Of a stretch of 64,000 bases of DNA, positions 1 to 9,876 are shown piece after piece. A model generated the notes under the pieces. That model was not told where the DNA came from. It searched no databases and saw only the letters and a program-made list of their open reading frames with translations. The position numbers and the translations under genes are program-made. Source of the stretch: Candidatus Poseidoniales archaeon (GTDB lineage: Archaea; Thermoplasmatota; Poseidoniia; Poseidoniales; Poseidoniaceae); NCBI GenBank assembly GCA_019651595.1, contig BOYQ01000002.1:181912-245911 (forward strand), given 5' to 3'. Numbering within the stretch: the stretch's first letter is position 1; every line of letters starts with the position of its first letter.

Positions 1-3000
1 GGTCAACTCGACGGTCATGAACTTGGACAGGCTCTGCAGGGTTGCAGACGAGTCCAAGGTCTGACTTGGGTGAGCGATGGTGATGTCAGCCGTGGTCTCC
101 TCTTGGACGATGGCCACGATGTCGATCTCGGATGGCATGCCACCGATACGGCTCCATGGGACACCGAACTCAGCGAGCGAGGTGGAGAAGTCCACATCGA
201 CGTTGGCGGTGCTCAGGCTGGATGGACTCCAGCCGAGGAAGCCGTAGCTGTAGAGGTCGTAGGAGCCTTCGCTGTCAGCCCACAACACGTAGTTGGCGTT
301 GAAGGGCAGGTCGTGTGCTCCACCGAGGCCGTTGTAGCCGACATCGGAACCACCGCTACCGGTGTTGAGGTAAATCAACACGTCCGAGTTGGACAGGTCG
401 CTGTTGGTCATTCCGAAGTAGATACCGTCGCCTTCGATGTAGGTCACCAGGAAGTCGTCGGTACCGTCGCCGCTCATCACACCGGGCATAGCGTAGCCCG
501 AGGGGTTCAGTGCGTTGCCACCGTTCCAGTCCTCGTCCGAGCCGTCCACCGTGATGGCGTCGGGCTGGAAGGAGGTCGACACGTAGGATGCACGCTCGTC
601 GTCCGTGGACATCAAGAGGAGCGCAACCTCGTTGGCGGGAGCAGCACCCAAGTGGGTGGACTCGATGCTCATGAGGTTGGCCTCATCGATGACAGCCGAA
701 CTGGCCACGGCGATCTTGCTGCTGTCCAGCGTGTTGCCGATGGAGGTGACGTGGGCGTTGTTGCCAGCGTCAACCTGCGTGGTGGAATCGTCCCAGGTCA
801 AGTTCTCGACACTACCGGTTGCGTCCACGACCGACAGAGCGGTGGTGGCGTCAGACACACCACCGTCCCAGCGGAACGGGGTGTCTTCGACGTACATACC
901 GATGGCACCGGAGGCGTCCATGGGGTAGACCCAAATGTCCGTACCGCTCTCGACGTGGAGACCGGTACCGGTGGAACCACCGTCGACGTGAGCGTCGATG
1001 GCCACCACGTAGGTGTCTTCTGCGTACACACCGTAGTCGCTACCTGCGAGGTAAGCGCCGCCAATCATGAACAGGTCGCCGTTCTCCTTGATGACACCGG
1101 TGGCGTAGCCGCTCACGTCCGTGCCGTTCAGCGTCAACACCGTGTTGGTGTCGTCGCCGACGATACCGACCGTGGAGGCCAGGCCGTCGCCGGTCAAGGT
1201 GGAACCAACGTCGCTGTAGTCGCAGTCTTCGAGCACGATGGCGTTGTCGCCGAGGTTGATCGTGTTCGCTGCCGACTGAACGGTGATGGAATCACAGCTC
1301 GTAGCGGTGATACCAACGGCGTTGGGTGAGGTACGACCCGTGGACAGGCCAATGGTGTTGCCACTCACGACCGGACCGTCGTAGCCACCTGCAGCACCGG
1401 AGGATTCAACCACGCTGATGGTGGCTCCACCGTCGCCCCACGTGTCAGCAACAACGAGCGTGTAGTTGCCTGCGTCCGTGTAAGCACGGAGCGGGTTGTA
1501 CGCAGCGTTGCTGTTGAACGAGTACGAGGGCCAGGTGTCCTTGGTACCGTCGGGCTTGGTGATCTCAATGCTGATCTCGTAGCCCCAGCTGTCCGTTTGG
1601 AGGTTCACCACAGCGGTCTTGCCGGAGGCGAGGTTCCAGGAACAGCTCGTTGTGCGTCGGTAGTCGCTGCTGCCAATCGAACAGAGTGAACTGGTTGGCG
1701 CAGGCGGTGCTTCCATGCTGTCGAGGTACATACCACCGTCAGCGTCCGTCAGGGTGTTGTCGGTGATGTTTCCGTTGCCACGGAAGATGTAGATACCCGT
1801 GGAGGTCGCATCACTGATACCGCCGATGTCGTTGCTGTCAATGGTGAAGTCAGACACACGGTTCAGGTAGAAGGCGTCATCGCCACCGACAACCGTGTTG
1901 TCCTGAATCAGGACGTCTTCGGTGTTGCCGGGGTAAATGGCCACAGCGTGCCCGTTGGACGGGTTGAACTCGTTGTCGGTGATGGTGGCACCTTGAACTT
2001 CGTTGGTGGTGTAGAGCCAGACGTCAGCGATTTCACCACCGTCTCGGAAGACGTTGTTGGTGATGGTGACGTTGTCGACACCGATTTCGCTGGTCGAGTG
2101 GCTGTAGTAGTACGGGGACCGTTCTGCCATCACACCAACACCGCAGTCAACGAACGTGTTGCCGTCGACGATGTTGCCGTCGCCGCCGTTCATCTGGAGA
2201 CAGATGTCGTTGTAGTTGATGGCGTTGTTGAGCGCAGTGTAGCCGTCGAAGTGGACGAACGTGCTGTTCGTGATCTGGAACATGTCCAGCGCATATCCAC
2301 TGCGGTAGCCGTAGCCCATGGCACCGATGATGGAGGCAACACCGGAAATCGTGGTGTTGTTCATGTCCATGTTCAACGAGTAGTACCGATAACCGATTTG
2401 GAACCCTTGTGGAGCCCCGCTGCTGGACACGGCGACTGCGGTGACCGAGGCGTCGTGCATGTAGAGCGTGGACTCGCCACTGAAGTAGGGGTACATTCGG
2501 TTGGCGTTGTCGAAGTCGTAGGAAGCCGTGGAGATCCAAACGGAGCCGTTCCAGTTGTGCTTGCCTTGGGCGAGGTACATGAACGGAGCGTCCATCATGA
2601 CGGTTTCACCGGCCAGGTCGTTGCCGCTGTGGCTTCGGAGGTAGCCGTACTCAACCAGACCGTTGCTGTACGTTCGGCTGTTGGAGGCGGAGAGGCCGCT
2701 TGCACAGCGCTCTTGCTTCGTGTAGGCCGTCGACGTGTAGCAGATACGGGCGGTGAACTCGTCCTCGAGGTAGACCGTATCGCTGTTGCCAGCGGTGTCC
2801 GTCAAGGACATGGTCTCGAACACGTACCGGAAGTCAGCAGCGTTGTTGCTGCTGCCCGACCAGAAGTAGTCGATGGTGGCGGAGGCCACCACTTCGTATC
2901 CGTTCAGGTTGGACGTACAGACGCTCGAACACGAACCGCTGTCCACCGTTTGAGTCACGAAGGTCAGGTCGTTGGCCACACCGTTTGCATCGGTGTCAGC

Positions 3001-4305
3001 CATGCCGGTGACCGTACCCTCTGCATCCTTCAGGATGACCGTGGTTCCAACCACGTCTTCGGTGGTGCCCGAGACGTTGGCCTGGAGGGTCACGTCCAAC
3101 TGACGCAGTCGGTCGAAGACACCGGTTCCGGTGACTTCCACCGTGGTGGTGTCGATCGAACCTTCGATGAATTCCATCGTGGAAGAGCCCGTGATGAGGA
3201 CGTCCTTGGTGTTGGACATCACAACATCGGTCAGCGTGAACGCACCGGTACCGTCGGTCTCAATACCGACGGCGTTGTTTTGGATGGTCATGCCGTTGAA
3301 CTCAACCGTTGCGGACGTTCGCGAGGCGTACTTGAAAGCAGCACCCGTTGAACCCGTGATGGTACCCGTGAGGTCGCCACCGAGGTCGGACTGGTAGTAG
3401 ACACCGGCCACGGCTTGGTTCTCAAGGTCCAAGTTTTCGAGGTCGAGTTGACCGGAGGCCGTGTTGGAAACCAACACACCGTAGTTGCCGCTTGAGACGC
3501 TCAACTGGTCGGTGGAGGCTGCGGTTTGACCGACAACTTCCAGACCGGCTTGGCTTGGTCCGACGACGTCAACGGATTCGAAGTGGCCTGCAGCGAAAGC
3601 ACCGCCAATTTCGATACCGGTGGTGGCGCCCGTGATGGTACCGTCCTTGAACAAGGGCGTACCGGACTCACGGAGGTAGTCACCGAGGTCGCTTGGGTCG
3701 TTGCCCGCACGGGCCACGAAGTCGTAGCGGTCCTGATAGTTGTCTGCACCGTGGTGGAGGACATCAATCCAGAGGTAGACCTTGGAGATGTTTCCGCCGT
3801 TGGCGGTAGCACCGGAGATGTCGACGATCGGGTAGGTCAAGCGAGCACCCTCGCCGCTGTTCATGTAGTAGGTGTAAGCGTAGTCGATGCAGACACCGTA
3901 GTTGTTGGGGTAGCCGCCAGATGCGTAGCTTGGTGGGTTACCGACACCGCCAGGCTGACCTGGTCCGGTTGAGGGCTGGCCGTTCGCACCTTCAGGTGGC
4001 GCGTAGACGCCGCTGAAGTAGAAGGACGGGGAGTAGAAGCCCCAGTACTTGTACGGGTAGCGAGACTGGTAGTTGCCCGTTGGCGAGAAGTCGGTAGCCT
4101 CCCAACCGAAGCCGAACTCGTCAGGCGCTTCGTAGTAGTCGGGGTAGCCGACGAAGTTGCCCAGCCAGAATCGGTGGAGGTAGTAGAAGTAGCCTTCCCA
4201 CGTCTGGTAGTTCGGTCCGAAGCTGTAGCCGTAGTAGTTGCAGTGCCAAGATGGTGCACCGCCCGTACCACCGTTGTAGGAGTGGGTACCGGCCTGACCG
4301 CTGGG
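1..4305 (-). CDS. Giant secreted beta-helix surface protein, distal part (partial: ORF continues past the left window edge)
   Basis: No ORF in the minus frame with codons on 3k+1..3k+3 is listed between 1 and 4305, as expected if that frame is a single ORF with no stop inside the window; every segment I hand-translated is open. Translations: 1981-2040 = GGEIADVWLYTTNEVQGATI, 1801-1860 = RVSDFTIDSNDIGGISDATS, 3361-3420 = NQAVAGVYYQSDLGGDLTGT, 1-60 = TLDSSATLQSLSKFMTVELT. The translated stretches are G/N/D/T-rich like right-handed parallel beta-helix (PbH1-type) turns; periodicity was not measured. The + strand ORFs 70..1329 and 1948..3351 are same-phase antisense shadows. Confidence 0.75.
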
Positions 4306-5822
4306 TCATCGCTGCCGTAGGGGTAGTATCCGTCTTGGCCGCTGCTGGTGATGTTCCACTCGTTACCGGAGTCGTCCTCGAACATGATGTTCATGCGGTC
4401 CGTGATGAAGTAGTACTTGCCCGTGGCGTAGTTGTAGCTTGGGTGAGCGTCTCCACCAGCGAAGACCGAGTTGGCACCGACCTGCAGGTAGTCGCCCGTG
4501 CCCAAGTAGGTGGACAAGTCGATCTTGTAGGTGGTCCAGCCAGCGGTTGCGCCGGAGAGGGACGTACTTCGGTAGATGGTTGGCAGGGACATGCCACCGT
4601 AGGCGTTGATACCGACGGTGTTGCCGTTGGAGGTGAAGCCGTCCACTTGGGGAGCGCCGTTGTAGCTCTGGATACCGACGGCAGCGTTCTTGACGATGAT
4701 GTCGGTGAGCGAAGCACCGGAGTTTTCGATCCAGATCGCCGTACCGGTTTGACCGGTGTTGATGATGCTGGACGAATCGATGTTCGCCGAGCCGCCCTGA
4801 ATCTTGACCGTCGCCATTTCGTCAGCGCTGGCCGAGGAACCGAAGATGGTCGCAGAGTCCATCATGTTCAACGTGGCACCGTTGCCGATGTAGAGGGCCG
4901 ACTCGGTGGTCGTGTCCCAAGCGATGTCTCGGAGGTTGGCGTGGTCGAGCGTCAGCGTACCGCCGTTCTGGATGTCCAGGTGCAGGCCGTAGGTCGAGGA
5001 GACCGCACGGATAGCGGCTGGGCTACCAGAGGTACCGTCGTTGTTCGCCGTCAAGAACCCGGTGTCCTTGATGGTGATGACAGGCGACGAGGTGGCCGTG
5101 CTTTGAACACGCAGCGAACCACCCTGCAGCTCGAAACCACAGGTGTCGAGCATCAGGTCAGCCGAAACCGTGATCGAGGTGTCATCAAAGGTGAACGTGT
5201 CCACACCGTCGAAGTTGCCACGGAGGTCGTATCCACCGGAGGCCATCGACTGGCCCGTGTAGAACGGGTCGTTGATCAGCTTGTAGCAGTTCAGCGTTGG
5301 GTCGTTGAGAACGACCGGTGCTGGCTCAAGGAGCAAGTCCAAGTGCGTGCCCCAGGTGTAGCCGTTGCTTGGGTACCAGGAACTGGCCAAGGTGGCATCG
5401 GGGTAATCATCTGGGTAGGTCTCGTTCTGACCGGCCGTACCGAATGCTCGGACGACGTGGTCCTCGTAGGCCGTACCGTCGCTGTCTTCCACGACAACCC
5501 AAACGCTGGTGTTGCCGTTGGCGTCCGTGATGTGGCTGCCGACTTCGAAGAGTTCGTTCATGCTGCTGTCGAGCAGGGTAGCAGAAACGACGTGGTCGGC
5601 CTTGTACACCTTGTTGGACTGAGCCAATCGGTAAACGGACACGTTGGCGAGGCCACCGAAGTAGACCATCGACGGGTTGCTGCTGGACGAGGAGACGTCG
5701 TAAGCACAGTTGCCCGTGTCACCGCTGGAGTCCGAACAGTCGTTGCCGTTCAGGTCAACGTCAACAAGCACCACGTTGGTGCCGCTGCGTGCCTTGGCCA
5801 CTTCCGTCGTACCGGAGCTCAC
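3861..5822 (-). CDS. Giant surface protein fragment (real frame leaves this ORF near 4303)
   Basis: Track ORF. From 5822 to about 4306 it reads as protein (..NGATLNMMDSATIFGSSASADEMATVKIQGGSANIDSSSIINTGQTGTAIWIENSGASLTDIIVKNAAVGIQ.., beta-helix-like turns). After ..YYPYGSDDP the track frame becomes T/S/R-rich nonsense, while the frame of the 1..4305 feature opens with SGQAGTHSYNGGTG. This fits a 1-nt indel at the GGG run 4303-4305. The GTG 'start' at 5822 is internal. Confidence 0.7.
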   Translation of the reverse strand: MSSGTTEVAKARSGTNVVLVDVDLNGNDCSDSSGDTGNCAYDVSSSSSNPSMVYFGGLANVSVYRLAQSNKVYKADHVVSATLLDSSMNELFEVGSHITDANGNTSVWVVVEDSDGTAYEDHVVRAFGTAGQNETYPDDYPDATLASSWYPSNGYTWGTHLDLLLEPAPVVLNDPTLNCYKLINDPFYTGQSMASGGYDLRGNFDGVDTFTFDDTSITVSADLMLDTCGFELQGGSLRVQSTATSSPVITIKDTGFLTANNDGTSGSPAAIRAVSSTYGLHLDIQNGGTLTLDHANLRDIAWDTTTESALYIGNGATLNMMDSATIFGSSASADEMATVKIQGGSANIDSSSIINTGQTGTAIWIENSGASLTDIIVKNAAVGIQSYNGAPQVDGFTSNGNTVGINAYGGMSLPTIYRSTSLSGATAGWTTYKIDLSTYLGTGDYLQVGANSVFAGGDAHPSYNYATGKYYFITDRMNIMFEDDSGNEWNITSSGQDGYYPYGSDDPAVRPVPTPTTVVRAVHHLGTATTTATASDRTTRRGKATSTTSTDSGWATSSATPTTTKRLTSSASVGRLPTSRQRATTSLATRTSTGASTPRPSTSAASTRHLKVRTASPQPDQVSLAVSVTHQATHLAATPTTTVSASTTLTPTT

Positions 5823-7627
5823 GCTCGAGCTGCTGATGGACGACTCACCGACGGTGATGGGGTGTTGCGCCCGTCGATGACGTGGTCGGAGCTGGAGCCG
5901 TGCGCGAAGTCGCTGTAGCCGATCGAAATCGTGTTCTTTGCGGAAGAGCTGGAACAGGTGCTCTTGAAGGATTCCAACGAAGCATCAGCCATGTTCATGG
6001 TCCAGCCGCAGCCGGCGATGGTGAACGAATCAATGTCGAAGTTGTCCATGTCAACCGTTTCAGCGACGATGGCGGAACCGCTCATCGAGATGTCTTCGGC
6101 CGTGATGTCGGTGAAGGTACCGGGGTGGATGCGCTGCATGGTGATGTCGCCTGCGGTGACATCAGCAAACACGGCATCGGAACCAGCCGGGCCGTTTCCG
6201 GTTTGGGACCAGCCGCCTGGGATGAGCCAGAGGTTGGCGGAACCGAAGTCAACGTCGGTCATGGAAAGGCTGCCCATGGCGTTGATGCCAGAGTTGGCGT
6301 AGCTGTCCACGTCAACGTTGTTCAACATCACGTTGGAGGCCGTGCCAAACATCGAGTCAATGGCCACACCGGTCTGAGCCGATGGGTTGGTGACGGTGAC
6401 GTTCGAGACGGTGACGTGCTGGAGGTCAACGTCGATGAAGTTCACGTAGGAGTTCTCGACGGTGAGGTTCTCAGCGTGCAGAGCACCGGCGGTGGAACCG
6501 GGGTAGTTCACGATGGTACCAGCCCAGGACTTTCCGTCGGTGTTACAGTTCTTGATCGTCCCTTCCTTCAGCGTAGCAATGGTGTTCTCTGGGAAGTTGA
6601 AACACGCCTCATCAGCGCCGTCAACCTCGAAGTTTTCCATGGTGACAACGGTTCCTTGGCCGCTGCCGTGGGTGAACACGGCACCGACGTTGGTGAAGGT
6701 CACGTCGCTCATGGTGTAGTTTCCGGTGTTACAGTCCGCCGTCGAACTGCCACAGGAAGGTCCAGAGTTGTCGTGGCGGCTGCCGGAGCGGAAGACCGCA
6801 CCGGACGTGTTCTCAAAGTTCACGTAGCTGAATTGGTGTCGGTCGTCGGTTCCACCAGCGGTGGTACAGTCGTCCGTGAAGGCCATACCCTTCCACTCGC
6901 CACCGTTCATGCCGGTGATGTTGATGGGGTGGGTCTCGTTGGCCAGGGCCGTCATCTTGGTACATGCACCGTCGAAGGAGATCCCCTTACCGGGTGCGAC
7001 GTAAATCTCCACACCGGGCTTGATGGTCAAGTCGGAGGAGACCACGAGGTAGTCGTTGGACGGGTTGATGCGGATCGGGCTGTCGGTCAGGTCCCACACT
7101 GGGTCGGACGTGATGTCAGCCGTAACATCGGTACCCTTGCCTTCGTAAGGCATCACACGGTAGTAGACGGAACAGTCCTGGTTGGAGTTCACGTAGCAGT
7201 AGTATTGGTTGTATCCAGTCCAGAACGGAGCGATGGTACCGGGGCGGGCCAGGCTGCTTCCCGAGTAGGGGAGAGCGGGCTGGTGGTACGTCCACAGGTT
7301 GCGCTCGACGTTGGTGTTGCCGTTGCTGATGAAGTACATCGAGCCTTGTCGGCTGAGTTGGATACGGTCGTTGGAGTCGTCGCCGTCGTAGGTCGTGCCG
7401 AAGTACTCGAACTCGAAGCCTGCTGGGATGTCAATGTTCGCGTTGCAGCGAGCCTTGTACGTGTTCCAGTAGTAGGACGAGATACAGTAGTACAGGTACG
7501 GGCGTCCGTTGGACGTGCCGGTCAAAGCCGTGTCAGCGTTGGTGACTTCCACCAGACCCTTGTCGAAGGATTCCCATGCGTGGGCGGTCGAGCTGGTCGA
7601 GATTCGGAAGTTCGACGTCGTTGGCAC
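5819..7627 (-). CDS. Giant surface protein fragment
   Basis: Track ORF; its GTG start is internal. Protein-like throughout (..DLTIKPGVEIYVAPGKGISFDGACTKMTALANETHPINITG.., ..NLTVENSYVNFIDVDLQHVTVSNVTVTNPSAQTGVAIDS..). It joins 7522..8013 near 7655-7672 and joins 3861..5822 at the G4 run 5859-5862 (..HVIDGRNT / PITVGESSISSSSVSSGTTEV..). Confidence 0.7.
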   Translation of the reverse strand: MPTTSNFRISTSSTAHAWESFDKGLVEVTNADTALTGTSNGRPYLYYCISSYYWNTYKARCNANIDIPAGFEFEYFGTTYDGDDSNDRIQLSRQGSMYFISNGNTNVERNLWTYHQPALPYSGSSLARPGTIAPFWTGYNQYYCYVNSNQDCSVYYRVMPYEGKGTDVTADITSDPVWDLTDSPIRINPSNDYLVVSSDLTIKPGVEIYVAPGKGISFDGACTKMTALANETHPINITGMNGGEWKGMAFTDDCTTAGGTDDRHQFSYVNFENTSGAVFRSGSRHDNSGPSCGSSTADCNTGNYTMSDVTFTNVGAVFTHGSGQGTVVTMENFEVDGADEACFNFPENTIATLKEGTIKNCNTDGKSWAGTIVNYPGSTAGALHAENLTVENSYVNFIDVDLQHVTVSNVTVTNPSAQTGVAIDSMFGTASNVMLNNVDVDSYANSGINAMGSLSMTDVDFGSANLWLIPGGWSQTGNGPAGSDAVFADVTAGDITMQRIHPGTFTDITAEDISMSGSAIVAETVDMDNFDIDSFTIAGCGWTMNMADASLESFKSTCSSSSAKNTISIGYSDFAHGSSSDHVIDGRNTPSPSVSRPSAARA

Positions 7628-8013
7628 GTGGCCGGGGTTGGTGTTGAAACTCGTCGAAGAGAGTGCGCAATGCTGGCACCCTTCTGGCGGGTTTGGTCCA
7701 TGTAGCCGATCGACCAGGAGTTGTAGGTGGTGCGACAGTTGCTGTCGTACTTGTACTCAATCTCGTTGGTCACGTCGTAGAACAAGGCCTGAACGGTACA
7801 GAGTTGACCGTAGGTGTAGTACGACATGTCGTGCCACTCAACCACGAACACCTTGTTGGGGTCGCCTCGCTCAAAGGAGAAGGTCGACGAGGTGTTGGCG
7901 TTGACACCGGAAGACACCGTCGAAACGTCTCGGCTGCTGAAGTAGTACTCCACCGTGTCGTTGACCTCGAGGTCTTCGATGGGGGCACTCAGGTACAGGC
8001 TGCGAGTTGACAC
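7522..8013 (-). CDS. Giant surface protein fragment
   Basis: Track ORF. ..LYLSAPIEDLEVNDTVEYYFSSRDVSTVSSGVNANTSSTFSFERGDPNKVFVVEWHDMSYYTYGQLCTVQALFYDVTNEIEYKYDSNCRTTYNSWSIGYMDQ.. is protein-like. The last ~55 aa (R/P/T-rich) are out of frame. It connects upstream through the short piece 7989..8333 (..AKSRTVSVTILDAGDPAAGLNVSSSAGVGPTLYHRVTPDGGTAGSW..). Confidence 0.65.
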   Translation of the reverse strand: MSTRSLYLSAPIEDLEVNDTVEYYFSSRDVSTVSSGVNANTSSTFSFERGDPNKVFVVEWHDMSYYTYGQLCTVQALFYDVTNEIEYKYDSNCRTTYNSWSIGYMDQTRQKGASIAHSLRRVSTPTPATCQRRRTSESRPARPPTHGNPSTRVWWKSPTLTRL

Positions 8014-8151
8014 TGCGCTCGGGTCTTGCCAGATTCTTGGGTCATGGCCGTGGAAGTCCAGCTTCCCGCCGTGCCGCCGTCTGGCGTGACTCGGTGATAC
8101 AGGGTCGGCCCGACACCAGCAGAGCTGCTCACGTTGAGCCCTGCGGCTGGG

Positions 8152-9876
8152 TCACCAGCATCGAGGATGGTGACCGAGACCGTGCGGCTCTTGGCAGTGC
8201 GAGTCTTGCATGGCGGTGTGGAGCATCTCGGGCTTGAACGTGTCAGGCGTTGGTGCGACGTTGCCCACCTTGTAGGTGATGTCGCCGGTGCTGGCTTGGC
8301 GGCCGTAGTAGCCGGAGCCAAGGGCGAAACCACTCCAGCGGTAGGAGGAGGTCGAACCGTAGATCATGTAGTAAGCCGAGGTACAGCGGTCGGTGCTGAT
8401 GGACCGGTAGAAGTAGTACCAACCGTTGGTGGTGACACACAATCGGTTAGCGGTCGTGGTGGTCTGCGTTGCGTTGAACGAGAACGTACCAAAGGAACCG
8501 GTGATGTCGCCGGGAATGGCGAACTTGTAGGCCTGAGAGTACCCGTAGGACAACGAGGCCGTGGCTTGGCTGCCGCCGGTCAAGGGGGTGTCGATACCGG
8601 TTTCGGTGTCAACACCGACGGTGGCCCACTTGTTCAACTGGCTGTTGTACACGAAGATGATGTTCATGCCGGGGCCGTCCTTGGCAGCGATCTGCAGGAA
8701 GCCGTCGCCGTTGTTGTTCCACAGGTTCTGGTTGAACTTGTTGGTACCGCTGTTCATGCCGTAGTAGCCGTAAGCGGGTGCGGTGTTTCCACGAGCGAGC
8801 CAGTTACCGTAGAAGGTGCTGGTGCCGGTGTAGAAACAGGACTGCGAACCCGTGCCACAGTTCGAAGTGTCGAACTCGAAGAAGTACTCATCGGAGTGGC
8901 TGTAGTAGGTCATCTGGCGGTCCATGAAGCCCTGAGGCGTGAAGTAGCTGCCTGCGTGGACGTCCGTGGTCAGCACGGTCATCTTCTTGTGCGAAGTTGG
9001 TGCGTTGGCTGGGTCAACGATGTCAACCTGGTAGGGCGTAGGCGTCGTCTGCGTACCGGTCAAGGCAGGTTCGTAGCCGACGTTGGCGCCGTTGCTGCCC
9101 TGGTTCAGGTCTTGGAACTTCCAGTAGTACTGGAAGTCGTCCCCGTAGGACAGATCGTCCACACGTGCCTTGAATCGGCAGTCGGTAGCGGTGCTGGAAC
9201 AGGTGCCAATGGACACGAGTTCACCGGCGTCGAACTGGTTGTTGGAACCCAGTCCGTAGCTGGTGGTGCTCCACGAGGTTCCACCGTTGGTGGAGTAGTA
9301 GAGCACAGGTGCGCCGCTCGACGTGGTGTCAATACCGGACATGTCGGTCAGCTTGATGAAGAGCGTTCGCTCACCCTCAATGTACGAGTCAATTCCCGTG
9401 TAGGGAACAAAGTCCGAGGTTGGGGCATCGGAATCCGTACCACCCGAGTAGGTGACGAGGAGGTGAGAGTTGCGGCTGCCAGAGGCGTAGGCGTACGTGT
9501 AGAAGTAAGCGCTTCCACCGGTGTAGTATTCACCCACACCAACGGTACCAGAGTTGCTCATGGCGTTGGTGATGATGGAGACACCGCCAGAAGTTGCGGC
9601 ACAGGCCGTGGCGGAGTTCACAGGGTGACGGTCTTCCAACCGGTACCGCTGCTGCTGACCGTGGCTGCGGATGGCGAGCGACCGATCGATGCCTTGAGGC
9701 TTCGAGCAGCCGTGCCACCGTAGTTGGAGGTCAGGTAGCTGGCACTGATGGACGAACCGGAACACGAACTGGAACCCATGCTGTAGGAGTAGCGTGGGGC
9801 CAGGCCACAGTTTTCCAGAACCTTCACTTGGAAGGTGCGGGTTGAACCGTAGGCGTAGTTCATGTACTTCTTCCAC
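8152..9876 (-). CDS. Giant surface protein fragment
   Basis: Track ORF. The first ~85 aa are out-of-frame read-through. The real frame enters at VNSATACAATSGG (codon at 9619-9621) and is Y/G/S/T-rich (..YYSTNGGTSWSTTSYGLGSNNQFDAGELVSIGTCSSTATDCRFKARVDDLSYGDDFQYYWKFQD..). It leaves the frame near 8195-8212. Confidence 0.7.
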   Translation of the reverse strand: MEEVHELRLRFNPHLPSEGSGKLWPGPTLLLQHGFQFVFRFVHQCQLPDLQLRWHGCSKPQGIDRSLAIRSHGQQQRYRLEDRHPVNSATACAATSGGVSIITNAMSNSGTVGVGEYYTGGSAYFYTYAYASGSRNSHLLVTYSGGTDSDAPTSDFVPYTGIDSYIEGERTLFIKLTDMSGIDTTSSGAPVLYYSTNGGTSWSTTSYGLGSNNQFDAGELVSIGTCSSTATDCRFKARVDDLSYGDDFQYYWKFQDLNQGSNGANVGYEPALTGTQTTPTPYQVDIVDPANAPTSHKKMTVLTTDVHAGSYFTPQGFMDRQMTYYSHSDEYFFEFDTSNCGTGSQSCFYTGTSTFYGNWLARGNTAPAYGYYGMNSGTNKFNQNLWNNNGDGFLQIAAKDGPGMNIIFVYNSQLNKWATVGVDTETGIDTPLTGGSQATASLSYGYSQAYKFAIPGDITGSFGTFSFNATQTTTTANRLCVTTNGWYYFYRSISTDRCTSAYYMIYGSTSSYRWSGFALGSGYYGRQASTGDITYKVGNVAPTPDTFKPEMLHTAMQDSHCQEPHGLGHHPRCW